Shown: positions 56,346-64,000 of the stretch, piece after piece
Position numbering within the stretch: the stretch's first letter is position 1
Layout of the letters: every line of letters begins with the position of its first letter
Assembly: GCA_020697715.1 (NCBI GenBank)
Contig: JAEHCO010000007.1
Coordinates: 1-64,000 of the forward strand
Direction of reading: 5' to 3'
DNA from: Methanobacteriota archaeon
Lineage (GTDB): Archaea > Thermoplasmatota > Thermoplasmata > SG8-5 > JAGLSY01
DNA: 64,000 bases
Position numbers and translations under genes: made by a program
Notes under the pieces: model-generated
Databases searched by the model: none
What the model saw: the letters and a program-made list of their open reading frames with translations, nothing else
Told to the model about the DNA's origin: nothing

Positions 56346-58613
56346 TTATCTGCGATCCCTGTTGTCACGGCCACCGCTTCTGCGGTCCCTTCCGCCGTCA
56401 CGTCCGCCCCTTGATGGTGGGCGTCTCTCGCGCTTTGGAGGTTCGACATATCCCTCTGGCTGTGGTATGAGGGATCTCATGGAGACCTCTACTTTACCAC
56501 GCTCGATCTTGATGATCCTGACCTTGATCTTGTCGCCTTCTTTCAGCTTGTCAGAGACATTCTCAGTCCTTTCCCAGGCGATCTCAGATACATGCAGAAG
56601 ACCATCGGTGTTCCCAAATAGATTGACAAAGGCTCCGAAGTTCATGATCTTGACAACTGTGGCCTCCTCAAAGACATCGCCGACCTCAGCCTCTCTTAGC
56701 AATTCCTTTATTGCAGCCTCAGCCTTCTCAGCCTTCTCCGCATTGTCGGAGGTTATGAGAACCAGTCCACTGTCTTCCAGATCGATCTGAACATCGAATT
56801 CCTCGGTCAAGGCCCTTATGACCTTTCCACCTGGTCCGATGACCTCTCTGATCTTCTCTGGGTCGATCATGAACGATGTTATCCTTGGCGCATATGGTGA
56901 CATCTGCTCTCTTGTTTTCGGTATGCACTTCTCGATGACATCGATTATCTCATTTATCGCCTTCCTCATTGGAGGCATGGTGGCCACGATCATTTCCTTG
57001 GATATCCCTCTGGTCTTGGTATCCATCTGGACAGCTGTAAGACCATCGCGGGTTCCAGTGAATTTGAAATCCATTCCACCGTCACCGTCCTCAAGGTCCT
57101 GAAGATCGGTAAGTATTTTCCAATCCTTGCCGTCAGATGCGAGACCCATAGCGATACCAGCTACTGGCTTCTTGATCGGAACTCCAGCATCCATCAGAGC
57201 AAGTGTGGAACCACATGTGGCACCCATTGATGATGAACCATTGGAGCTCATGACTTCGCTCACGACCCTAACCGTGTAAGGGAATTCCTCACCTTCTGGG
57301 ATCATTGGCAGAAGTCCTTTCTCTGCAAGGGCACCGTGACCGATATCCCTTCTGCTGGCTCCACGCAATGGCTTGACCTCTCCCACACTAAATGGTGGGA
57401 AATTGTAGTGATGGAAGTACTTCATGCTTCCGTCACTTTCCATGCTCTCGATGGACAGGTCATCACCAGGTGAACCAAGTGTGACTATGGACAAGACTTG
57501 AGTTTCTCCTCTTGAGAATAGTCCAGTACCGTGTGTTCTTGGCAACAGACCGACATCAGCTTTTAGTTCTCTGATCTCGTCCAGCTTACGGCCATCGACC
57601 CTGAGGTCTTTGTCCAGTACGGCCCTTGTGACCTGCTCTTCGATGAATGGGAAGAAGAATGCCTTCAGTAATCCATTCAGGTATTCCGCGGTCGCCTCTT
57701 CATCTCTCTCTGGTGTTGCGAGCTTTTTCTTGAAATCATTGACCAATATCTCTTCCAATCCCTTCAGGATATCCTTTCTCTCACCCTTTGTTCCCTTAGG
57801 GGTGTTGAACAGGTATTTGTCCAGATGTGGGATCGCAGCTTTCTTCAACTGCTCGATCACTGGGGCATCGGATTCCGCTGTGCCTTCTTTCATGATTATC
57901 TGATCCGGGCCTGCCTTCTCCTGGCCGACTTCCTTTCTGATACCATCAATGAACTTGGCCAGAGGTCCCAAGACCTCCATTCCTGCCAGGATACCATCTG
58001 TGATCTGTTTGTCAGTCAATTCATTAGAATCACTGTCAACATTCGTGATCCTCTCACCGTCGCCCATAAGGACCATGTTCAGGTCTGAGTATTCCAGCTC
58101 ATCGACTGTTGGGTTTATGATGAACTCACCGTTCACCAGACCGACCCTGACACCACCAATTGGCCCATCGAAAGGTACCTTGGAGATGTGGAGTGCGGTA
58201 CAAGCTGCTATCATCGCGACTATGTCTGGCTTATTTGTAAAGTCCAGGCAAAGCGGCATGCATATGACCTGTATATCATTCCTCATCAACTGTGGGAACA
58301 GAGGCCTCAGACCTCTGTCTATCTTCCTGCTTGTCAATACTGCCTCATTTGAAGGCCTTCCCTCTCTCTTGAGGAACCTTGGCCCCTTTATCTTTCCTGC
58401 AGCGGAATACTTTTCCTCATAGTCCACCATAAGTGGGAAGAAATCCATGCCTGGCCTTGCACGTGTGGCCATATTGACCGTTGCCAATACAACGGTATCT
58501 CCCATCTGTACAGTGACCGAAGCATCTGACTGATTAGCCATCCTGCCGGTTTCCACTATTAATTTTGTTCCATCTATTTCTGTTTCGAACTTTTTTATTT
58601 CCATATTTTCCAA
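56346..58613 (-). CDS. pnp: Bacterial-type polyribonucleotide nucleotidyltransferase (PNPase)
   Basis: FFPLMVDYEEK..AGKI, REGRP, RVDGRK, HGTGLFSRGETQ, HYNFPPFSVGE, SNGSSSM, GMDFK..GTRDG; KH (IGPGGKVI) and S1 (FGAFV..GLLHVSEI) domains; TTG start with SD AAGGAG. Confidence 0.96.
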   Translation of the reverse strand: MENMEIKKFETEIDGTKLIVETGRMANQSDASVTVQMGDTVVLATVNMATRARPGMDFFPLMVDYEEKYSAAGKIKGPRFLKREGRPSNEAVLTSRKIDRGLRPLFPQLMRNDIQVICMPLCLDFTNKPDIVAMIAACTALHISKVPFDGPIGGVRVGLVNGEFIINPTVDELEYSDLNMVLMGDGERITNVDSDSNELTDKQITDGILAGMEVLGPLAKFIDGIRKEVGQEKAGPDQIIMKEGTAESDAPVIEQLKKAAIPHLDKYLFNTPKGTKGERKDILKGLEEILVNDFKKKLATPERDEEATAEYLNGLLKAFFFPFIEEQVTRAVLDKDLRVDGRKLDEIRELKADVGLLPRTHGTGLFSRGETQVLSIVTLGSPGDDLSIESMESDGSMKYFHHYNFPPFSVGEVKPLRGASRRDIGHGALAEKGLLPMIPEGEEFPYTVRVVSEVMSSNGSSSMGATCGSTLALMDAGVPIKKPVAGIAMGLASDGKDWKILTDLQDLEDGDGGMDFKFTGTRDGLTAVQMDTKTRGISKEMIVATMPPMRKAINEIIDVIEKCIPKTREQMSPYAPRITSFMIDPEKIREVIGPGGKVIRALTEEFDVQIDLEDSGLVLITSDNAEKAEKAEAAIKELLREAEVGDVFEEATVVKIMNFGAFVNLFGNTDGLLHVSEIAWERTENVSDKLKEGDKIKVRIIKIERGKVEVSMRSLIPQPEGYVEPPKRERRPPSRGGRDGGRDRRSGGRDNRDRR

Positions 58614-58699
58614 CTCCTTAATATGCCTCGGAGCAGGCCATCAAATAATGGTCAATAATTAAAAAATGATACTGATCTGGAGTTATCTGGATCCTGACC

Positions 58700-58905
58700 T
58701 TCCATGGTCAGAGCATCCATTACTCCCACTATCCACCATTCCAAAATATCCAACAATCCAATGATCCAACAATACCGGGCTTACCAACTTTTATCCATCT
58801 ATTCTTTTATCTACCAACTGTTTCCAACTTTGCATCCAACAATTTCCATCCTTACCAAATTACGCCCTGCGTATCTTTCAATTCCGTCCTTGTCCAACAC
58901 CATCA
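58700..58905 (-). repeat. Short-motif repeat tract (17 WCCA, 7 CCAAC on + strand; UUGGA/UUGGU in mRNA) in the long pnp upstream region
   Basis: Counted by eye; core motifs mostly 8-12 nt apart between 58732 and 58857. Confidence 0.7.
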
Positions 58906-58966
58906 CAAACATTTGGATCTTTCATCTATATTTCTTATTATAGTTAAAAGGGCGAGATTGTTTTGG

Positions 58967-58980
58967 CATATAAGGGTTTC
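58967..58980 (-). promoter_or_regulatory. BRE-TATA promoter upstream of pnp
   Basis: GAAACCCTTATATG on the minus strand. Confidence 0.55.
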
Positions 58981-59076
58981 TATTAATATATTCATACTCA
59001 ATAAATATCGAAGATAGCGAAACATCTATCCGATATCCCCAAATACTTGAATTATACTTACTGGTCTGGAGATATC

Positions 59077-60180
59077 ATGGTAGATAAGAGAGTGGAAAAC
59101 CTGGCAAAGTTGCTTGTTAATTATTCGATCGATGTTAAGAAAGGACAGGAAATAATCGTGTCTTCCCCGCCAGCGGGTGCTCCTTTGGCACTTGAGGTGT
59201 ACAAAGAAGTTCTCAATGCTGGAGCTCATCCGATGATGATGGGATCAATTGATGGGGCAGCTGAAATATATTATAAAAATGCCTCAGATGAGCAATTGAA
59301 GTTCGTCTCACCATTCAAAAAATACCTTTACAAGAATGCGGATGGACTCGTAGGCATATCCGCGGCCACGAACACAAGGGCCATGTCGGGCGTTGATTCG
59401 AAAAAGATGGCCATGGCCTCTGGAGCCAGCATAGAGATACAGGAGATAGTGAACAAGCGATCCGCCAGTGGTGAGTTCAAATGGGTCGGCTTGATCTATC
59501 CGACCAATGCGCAAGCCCAGGAGGCTTCAATGTCACTTACAGAATATCAGGACTTTGTTTATTCCGCATGCCTGGCCGACAAGCGCGACCCGGTCGCCGA
59601 GTGGAAGAAGGTGAAGAAGGAGCAGGCCAAGATGGTCAAGGTCCTTAACAAGATAGAAAAACTTCATTTCCTCGGAGAGGACACAGACCTGATAATGTCC
59701 GTGAAAGGCCGTGTGTGGGAGAACTGCTGCGGCGAGAAGAACATGCCAGATGGCGAAGTTTTCACAGGTCCAGTAGAGAATTCAGTTGAAGGAAAGATCA
59801 GATTCACTTTCCCAGGAATATACATGGGAAAGGAAATTGAGGATATCACTTTGGAATTCAAGAAGGGTAAGATCGTAAAAGCCACTGCTGAAAAAGGAGA
59901 GGACCTCCTCAAGAACCTCATAGCAGTAGATGATGGCGCGAAGAGGCTGGGTGAAGTAGCCATTGGAACCAATCAGGGCATCAAGAAGTTCACCAAGTCC
60001 ATTCTATTCGACGAAAAACTGGGCGGGACCATCCATATGGCCATTGGACTTGGATTTGCAGAGACGAAATCGAAGAACAGATCCGCGATCCACTGGGACA
60101 TGATCAAGGACATGAAGAAGGGCGGCGAGATCTACGGTGATGCGGAGCTTATCTACAAGAACGGCAAGTGGCTGAAGTAA
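59077..60180 (+). CDS. Aminopeptidase, M29 (AmpS/AmpT thermophilic metalloprotease) family
   Basis: LAKLLVNYS, NMPDGEVFTGP, LGEVAIG, ILFDEKLGGTIHMAIG, SAIHWDMI. Confidence 0.94.
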   Translation: MVDKRVENLAKLLVNYSIDVKKGQEIIVSSPPAGAPLALEVYKEVLNAGAHPMMMGSIDGAAEIYYKNASDEQLKFVSPFKKYLYKNADGLVGISAATNTRAMSGVDSKKMAMASGASIEIQEIVNKRSASGEFKWVGLIYPTNAQAQEASMSLTEYQDFVYSACLADKRDPVAEWKKVKKEQAKMVKVLNKIEKLHFLGEDTDLIMSVKGRVWENCCGEKNMPDGEVFTGPVENSVEGKIRFTFPGIYMGKEIEDITLEFKKGKIVKATAEKGEDLLKNLIAVDDGAKRLGEVAIGTNQGIKKFTKSILFDEKLGGTIHMAIGLGFAETKSKNRSAIHWDMIKDMKKGGEIYGDAELIYKNGKWLK

Positions 60181-60209
60181 AGCCACTTGCCGCAGAGCTT
60201 ATACCTACA

Positions 60210-60343
60210 ACATGCCCCGTCTGGATGATTCATAGAATATTCATCAGGGCGGGGTTTTATATTCAATGACCCAGTGGTTGACAAATACCAATTGGTATTT
60301 CTCAAGCCCTGCCCCGATTAAAGCAGGGGCGGGGTAGTTTTCA
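60210..60343 (+). mobile_element. Cluster of IS200/IS605-end-like hairpins (non-autonomous remnant)
   Basis: CATGCCCCGTCTGG..CAGGGCGGGGT (60210-60255), GTTGAC, and CAAGCCCTGCCCC..GGGGCGGGGTAGTT (60303-60339); no transposase nearby. Confidence 0.5.
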
Positions 60344-60432
60344 TCCTTTGGACATTATCCCTAAGCACATGGGCTCAACTAATAGAGTGGTGTTTAATAT
60401 CAACACAGAATTGTAGGGAAGTGAGATACAAA

Positions 60433-60909
60433 ATGCGAGATAAACGATTTGTAGCAGTACATAGAGGTGGACCGCTCACCAAGGTCCATCATCGCAAGTT
60501 AATGAATTGGGCGATAAAATGCTCGGAGCATGTTCTACACCTTATTCCAGATGATATAGACGAGAGGCTGGCTCATGCCCTCAGAACCGCCAAAGAATGG
60601 AAAGAAGGAAAGGTCAGAACAGGCGAGTGCATGAAAGCCTCGGTCAATGCCCACGCGACAGCGAGAGAGTTTTCAGATCCTGTCAAGATAGCCATCGCTC
60701 GTTCTATCGGCCAGTGTGTGGCAACAGCCCATATGTCAGATCATTCAATGGGTGCCGCACTCTACGCCCTCAAGGCAGTGAAGCTGGCTGGCGGGGATGT
60801 GGATGAGGAAAGGATGTGGCAGGAGGGGGAAGTGGGGAAGCTGCCACCTCAAATTATTGAATTAATCCAGGAGAATATGAGGGTGAAGGGGAAGGGCTTC
60901 AAGACGTGA
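60433..60909 (+). CDS. Imm5-like putative immunity protein
   Basis: WAIKCSEHVL, AHATARE, ARSIGQCVATAH..HSMGAALYALKA, EERMWQ pattern resembles this all-helical family. Confidence 0.7.
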   Translation: MRDKRFVAVHRGGPLTKVHHRKLMNWAIKCSEHVLHLIPDDIDERLAHALRTAKEWKEGKVRTGECMKASVNAHATAREFSDPVKIAIARSIGQCVATAHMSDHSMGAALYALKAVKLAGGDVDEERMWQEGEVGKLPPQIIELIQENMRVKGKGFKT

Positions 60910-61029
60910 TGGGGCAAGGGGGTAATAATGTGTCTTATTACCTAGAGGTGGAAAAACTTAAGTTTGAAGAAAGTAAATTACATTAACGTATGTAGTGAGG
61001 ACGAGAATATCCATTATGATAACTGTGCT

Positions 61030-61800
61030 TTACCATTTCTCATTTTTAAGATAATTGACGAGTGGATTCAAGGCATGCCTTACTATAGTTTTTAGATTTT
61101 TTGACCCTGAAATTAATTTAGCGATGGGGGGACTAATTTTGTAATATATTCTGACAAGCTGACACCCTATTTTCGTGGTTTTAAGTTTTTCATCTCTCCA
61201 GTTCCTCAAAATCACAACGTCTCTAGCAAACACTGTTCCATAAGTAGCTGTTGCTATGAAGCAATTATCATCCTCTTCTTTACATGGTGAATGCTGTTTC
61301 GGCTTTAAAGGTGCATTTCGTTCTCTAATTTGTCTCGAATTATCAATGAGGTCATCCCTTCTTCTTCTGTTAAATGCTGTATGCACAGCATCAATAAAAT
61401 CATCTTCAATATCATCCCAATGTAGTGCAATAGCATAGCCACTTTCAATATTATCAGTTAATCGGAAATATTTGGGATTATGATTTGGAAGATATATTCC
61501 AACTAATCCATTTATAGTCCTTTCAGCATAAGGACGAAGTGAAGCATCGATCTCCCAATCAACCCATTTTCTTCCCCAGGTATGTTCCCCTACTAATACC
61601 ACAGTCACGGTTGAATCCAGTAAGTGTTCTCGTCTTATTTTTGTAAGAATTGTTTGTGTTTGTAAATAGCTTAGGTCTCTATACATAGACTTATCAATGA
61701 TAGCTTTTGATTTACCATAAAAATCTCTAAGATCATTAGCATACTCTTGATCGTCTTCGTGATAGTAGCTTATGAACACTTTATGGCGTTTCGAAACCAT
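61030..61800 (-). CDS. ThsB/MTH538-like TIR protein fused to a C-terminal CFI-box-CTERM-like domain
   Basis: HKVFISYYH, DSTVTVVLVG..TWGRKWVDWEI (catalytic Glu); tail CFIATATYG..V.ILRNWRD..L....G...VRIYYKISPPIA. Confidence 0.85.
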   Translation of the reverse strand: MVSKRHKVFISYYHEDDQEYANDLRDFYGKSKAIIDKSMYRDLSYLQTQTILTKIRREHLLDSTVTVVLVGEHTWGRKWVDWEIDASLRPYAERTINGLVGIYLPNHNPKYFRLTDNIESGYAIALHWDDIEDDFIDAVHTAFNRRRRDDLIDNSRQIRERNAPLKPKQHSPCKEEDDNCFIATATYGTVFARDVVILRNWRDEKLKTTKIGCQLVRIYYKISPPIAKLISGSKNLKTIVRHALNPLVNYLKNEKW

Positions 61801-61802
61801 AT

Positions 61803-62339
61803 TTATTTCTTCCTTCTCTTCTTTTTATATGACGTATGTAATGGCTTTACTTTGGCAACTTTAGCAAGATAATAAGAATATTTTACTAGGATTCTCCTTG
61901 TTTTTTCCAATTCATTTCTTAATTCAGAGTTCAATTCCCAATTATCTTCATGCTCTTTAATAGATATTTGCGAATCTCTTTTTGATTCATAATCTTGGAG
62001 TAGGGGGTGCCAAGTTTCCAATAATGGGCGTAGAACATAATTCAATATATAAACAGATAATTCACCAAAAGAATATTCATTCTTTCCTTTGTGTTCTGCA
62101 ACTATAGGCCCATATTTTCTTAAAATATCTCTAGTTGTTTGGAATATTGAATAGTTTGAAGTTAGAGCTTCCCTCAGTATTCCCTTTCCAGGCTTAAGTT
62201 CTACTACTGAAATCCTTGTTATTAATTCAACATATAATTCCCATGCTGCCTCTATCTCTGCTTTGTTGGGAGTCCAAGTTCCTTCAACTTTCATTCCGGG
62301 GATATTCAACCCTACTTTTATGCTATCAAATTTGGGCAT
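61803..62339 (-). CDS. Helical hypothetical protein between two TIR genes
   Basis: AWELYVELITRI..LREAL..LRPLLETWHPLL; SD GGAG before ATG 62339; closely spaced with both neighbours. Confidence 0.75.
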   Translation of the reverse strand: MPKFDSIKVGLNIPGMKVEGTWTPNKAEIEAAWELYVELITRISVVELKPGKGILREALTSNYSIFQTTRDILRKYGPIVAEHKGKNEYSFGELSVYILNYVLRPLLETWHPLLQDYESKRDSQISIKEHEDNWELNSELRNELEKTRRILVKYSYYLAKVAKVKPLHTSYKKKRRKK

Positions 62340-62349
62340 TATTTGACTC

Positions 62350-62883
62350 CTATTGCCATTGAGTGCCTGTTCGGTTTTTTCCAAACAAAGGCCTAGAGCT
62401 ATCGGGATTAACTTGGGATTTTCTTAGATAAGCTTGATGAATCCAGGATTGGATATGAGATGGGTTTTCAGTCCAATCATATACTAAAGCATATTCACAC
62501 TTAGCGTTATCCCAAAGTCTAGGGGGAATATTGTATGATGAATATTTTTGTGATTTATAATCCAGATGAGTAGGTAGTAGGATGCCAATGAGGCCAGAAC
62601 GTGGATTTTTAGGCGTATTACGAATACTTGAACTGATTTCCCAATCAACATGTTTTCTTTGCCAAGTTTGTTTCCCAATTAATACTATAGTTACACTTGA
62701 ATCTCTTAAGAATTCATCTCTTATTTTTTGTCGTATAGTTTCGGTTTTTAAATTTGGATCGATATCACCAATTTCTACAGATCGAGAAATCATTACATTA
62801 CTGCAAATTCTTTCAAGTTTTTGTTTATACCCTTCATCATTGTCATGATGGTAGCTCACAAATACTTTGTGTTTAGTTGTCAT
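62350..62883 (-). CDS. ThsB/MTH538-like (DUF1863) TIR-domain protein
   Basis: HKVFVSYHH, IRDEFLRDSSVTIVLIG..TWQRKHVDWEI, GLIGILLP, IPPRL.DN; SD GGAGTGGTG before ATG 62883. Confidence 0.88.
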   Translation of the reverse strand: MTTKHKVFVSYHHDNDEGYKQKLERICSNVMISRSVEIGDIDPNLKTETIRQKIRDEFLRDSSVTIVLIGKQTWQRKHVDWEISSSIRNTPKNPRSGLIGILLPTHLDYKSQKYSSYNIPPRLWDNAKCEYALVYDWTENPSHIQSWIHQAYLRKSQVNPDSSRPLFGKNRTGTQWQ

Positions 62884-63098
62884 TTCACCACTCCTCTCTT
62901 CACCCCCCAATCCCCTTCCCATCATTTAAGTTGTGTGGTGGTTTGCACTTTTTAGCATGCTGGAAATGAATATATCAAATCACAAAGTATTATTAGCCAA
63001 TAGCACGATTCTTGAGTGAGTATGAGGGAAGTGATTAAAGATGAAAGCAACTTATTGTCCATATTGCGGAAGTCCAAAAGTCAATGAGGGCCTAATAA

Positions 63099-63356
63099 AT
63101 GATTAATATTACATTTATTTTAATTACAATTATGATAGGAATAATATCAATAACAGCTATAAGTCTAATTACAATTTGGTATTATAGCGATTCAATTAAA
63201 TATACTCGAGAAGAAAAAAGAACTATTATCATTAACATTATTCTAGTAATATTCATTATTGGAATTATCATTATGATACTAGATAGCTCCGAATCCTCTA
63301 ATGATGATTATAATAACGGATATGATGATGGGTATGACGATGGATATAATGAATGA
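63099..63356 (+). CDS. Small two-TM protein with a GYDDGY repeat tail
   Basis: Two Ile-rich helices then DDYNNGYDDGYDDGYNE. Confidence 0.55.
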   Translation: MINITFILITIMIGIISITAISLITIWYYSDSIKYTREEKRTIIINIILVIFIIGIIIMILDSSESSNDDYNNGYDDGYDDGYNE

Positions 63357-63446
63357 GAAGGAACTAGGAAAATAATAAAAAGATTTTTTAACAAACCTAA
63401 GAAATCTATATAAATGTCAAACATATAGGTTTATTTAGGTGATATA

Positions 63447-63617
63447 ATGACTAAAACAAAATGTCCAATGACAAAATTGGATAAGGATTGTATAGAGCTT
63501 AAGTGTGCATGGGGGATAGCGGGAGAAAATGGGAATTATTGTATGGTGTTTGACATTTCAGTTGAATTAGGAAATATAAAATATAAGCTAGAAAAAGCTT
63601 TCCCAGATAAAGCTTAA
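63447..63617 (+). CDS. 56-aa Cys-rich protein (not in ORF track)
   Basis: SD AGGTGAT; MTKTKCPMTKLDKDCIELKCAWGIAGENGNYCMVFDISVELGNIKYKLEKAFPDKA, four Cys. Confidence 0.65.
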   Translation: MTKTKCPMTKLDKDCIELKCAWGIAGENGNYCMVFDISVELGNIKYKLEKAFPDKA

Positions 63618-63646
63618 GTAAATATTGAGAAGGAATTACAATAACC

Positions 63647-64000
63647 TTATTTACCAGTTCCAATCGTAGATATACTCCTATTAGGTATTGATTTAATCTT
63701 TGACTCAATATCGTCTTGTTTTTCTTGTAATTCCATAATTTCTAAACGGTTTTTCCATATTATATACAAATCATATATGTTCTGATATTCATGAGATTTC
63801 TGACTAAGAATTACTATTAAAGGACAAATTTTCTCAATCGTAAGACAATATGATCTTCCCAAATCATAAAATGCAACTTTTTCTTCAGCGACACCACTAG
63901 TAAAATACAATGAAAAAGTACTTAATGCATTTATTAATTCTCCATACTCTGAAAAATAATAGTCCATTTTATTACTTTCCTCTTCCATGTTATCTGGGAA
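63647..64000 (-). CDS. C-terminal part of a probable DUF4760-like protein (frame open to the window edge)
   Basis: LINAL..F...F.SGVAEEK..F..LG..Y...I....P........YQNIYDLY..W pattern; no in-frame stop between 63988 and 64000. Confidence 0.5.
   Translation of the reverse strand, partial: FPDNMEEESNKMDYYFSEYGELINALSTFSLYFTSGVAEEKVAFYDLGRSYCLTIEKICPLIVILSQKSHEYQNIYDLYIIWKNRLEIMELQEKQDDIESKIKSIPNRSISTIGTGK

Noticed and set aside
58700-58905. Possible CRISPR array or the 79-aa + strand ORF (58704-58943)
   Set aside because: Repeats are only 4-6 nt with ~10-nt period, there are no cas genes, and the ORF is low-complexity without an SD.
204-60186. Numerous 60-240 aa ORFs antisense or out-of-frame within recognised genes (e.g. 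3635-4348, 39364-40026, 41740-42453) and ORFs 204-431 / 235-417
   Set aside because: Shadow ORFs from codon bias of the real genes or from the rRNA upstream region; no motifs or SD sites.

Overview
Archaeal chromosomal window, most likely an uncultured Thermoplasmata-type euryarchaeon (archaeal 23S rRNA 5' end with no 16S upstream, TATA/BRE promoters, GGTGA-type SD sites, BHB-type tRNA introns). About 30 kb is taken up by giant secreted or membrane-anchored glycoproteins built from GLUG, NosD/CASH beta-helix, LamG, PKD, FN3 and TSP3 modules. The rest is amino-acid fermentation and housekeeping genes (Lrp-glnA, cysK, aminotransferase-serA-DUF1015, gcvPA/PB, bcd-etfBA, peptidases, uppS, marC), three tRNAs, and several bacterial-type genes unusual for archaea (GlnRS next to tRNA-Gln, PNPase, two parvulins). 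The last ~3 kb is an AT-rich island with a TIR / unknown / TIR-CFI-box operon that looks like an uncharacterised Thoeris-like defence system. Non-coding highlights: a Cys-rich leaderless peptide with an anti-SD in front of cysK, a 19-bp leader hairpin that would sequester the 5' acceptor strand of tRNA-Gln, a two-intron tRNA-Ser with a duplicated 5' end, a UUGGA-repeat leader on pnp, and two families of small intergenic palindromic repeats. All calls come from reading the sequence by eye; no searches were run.
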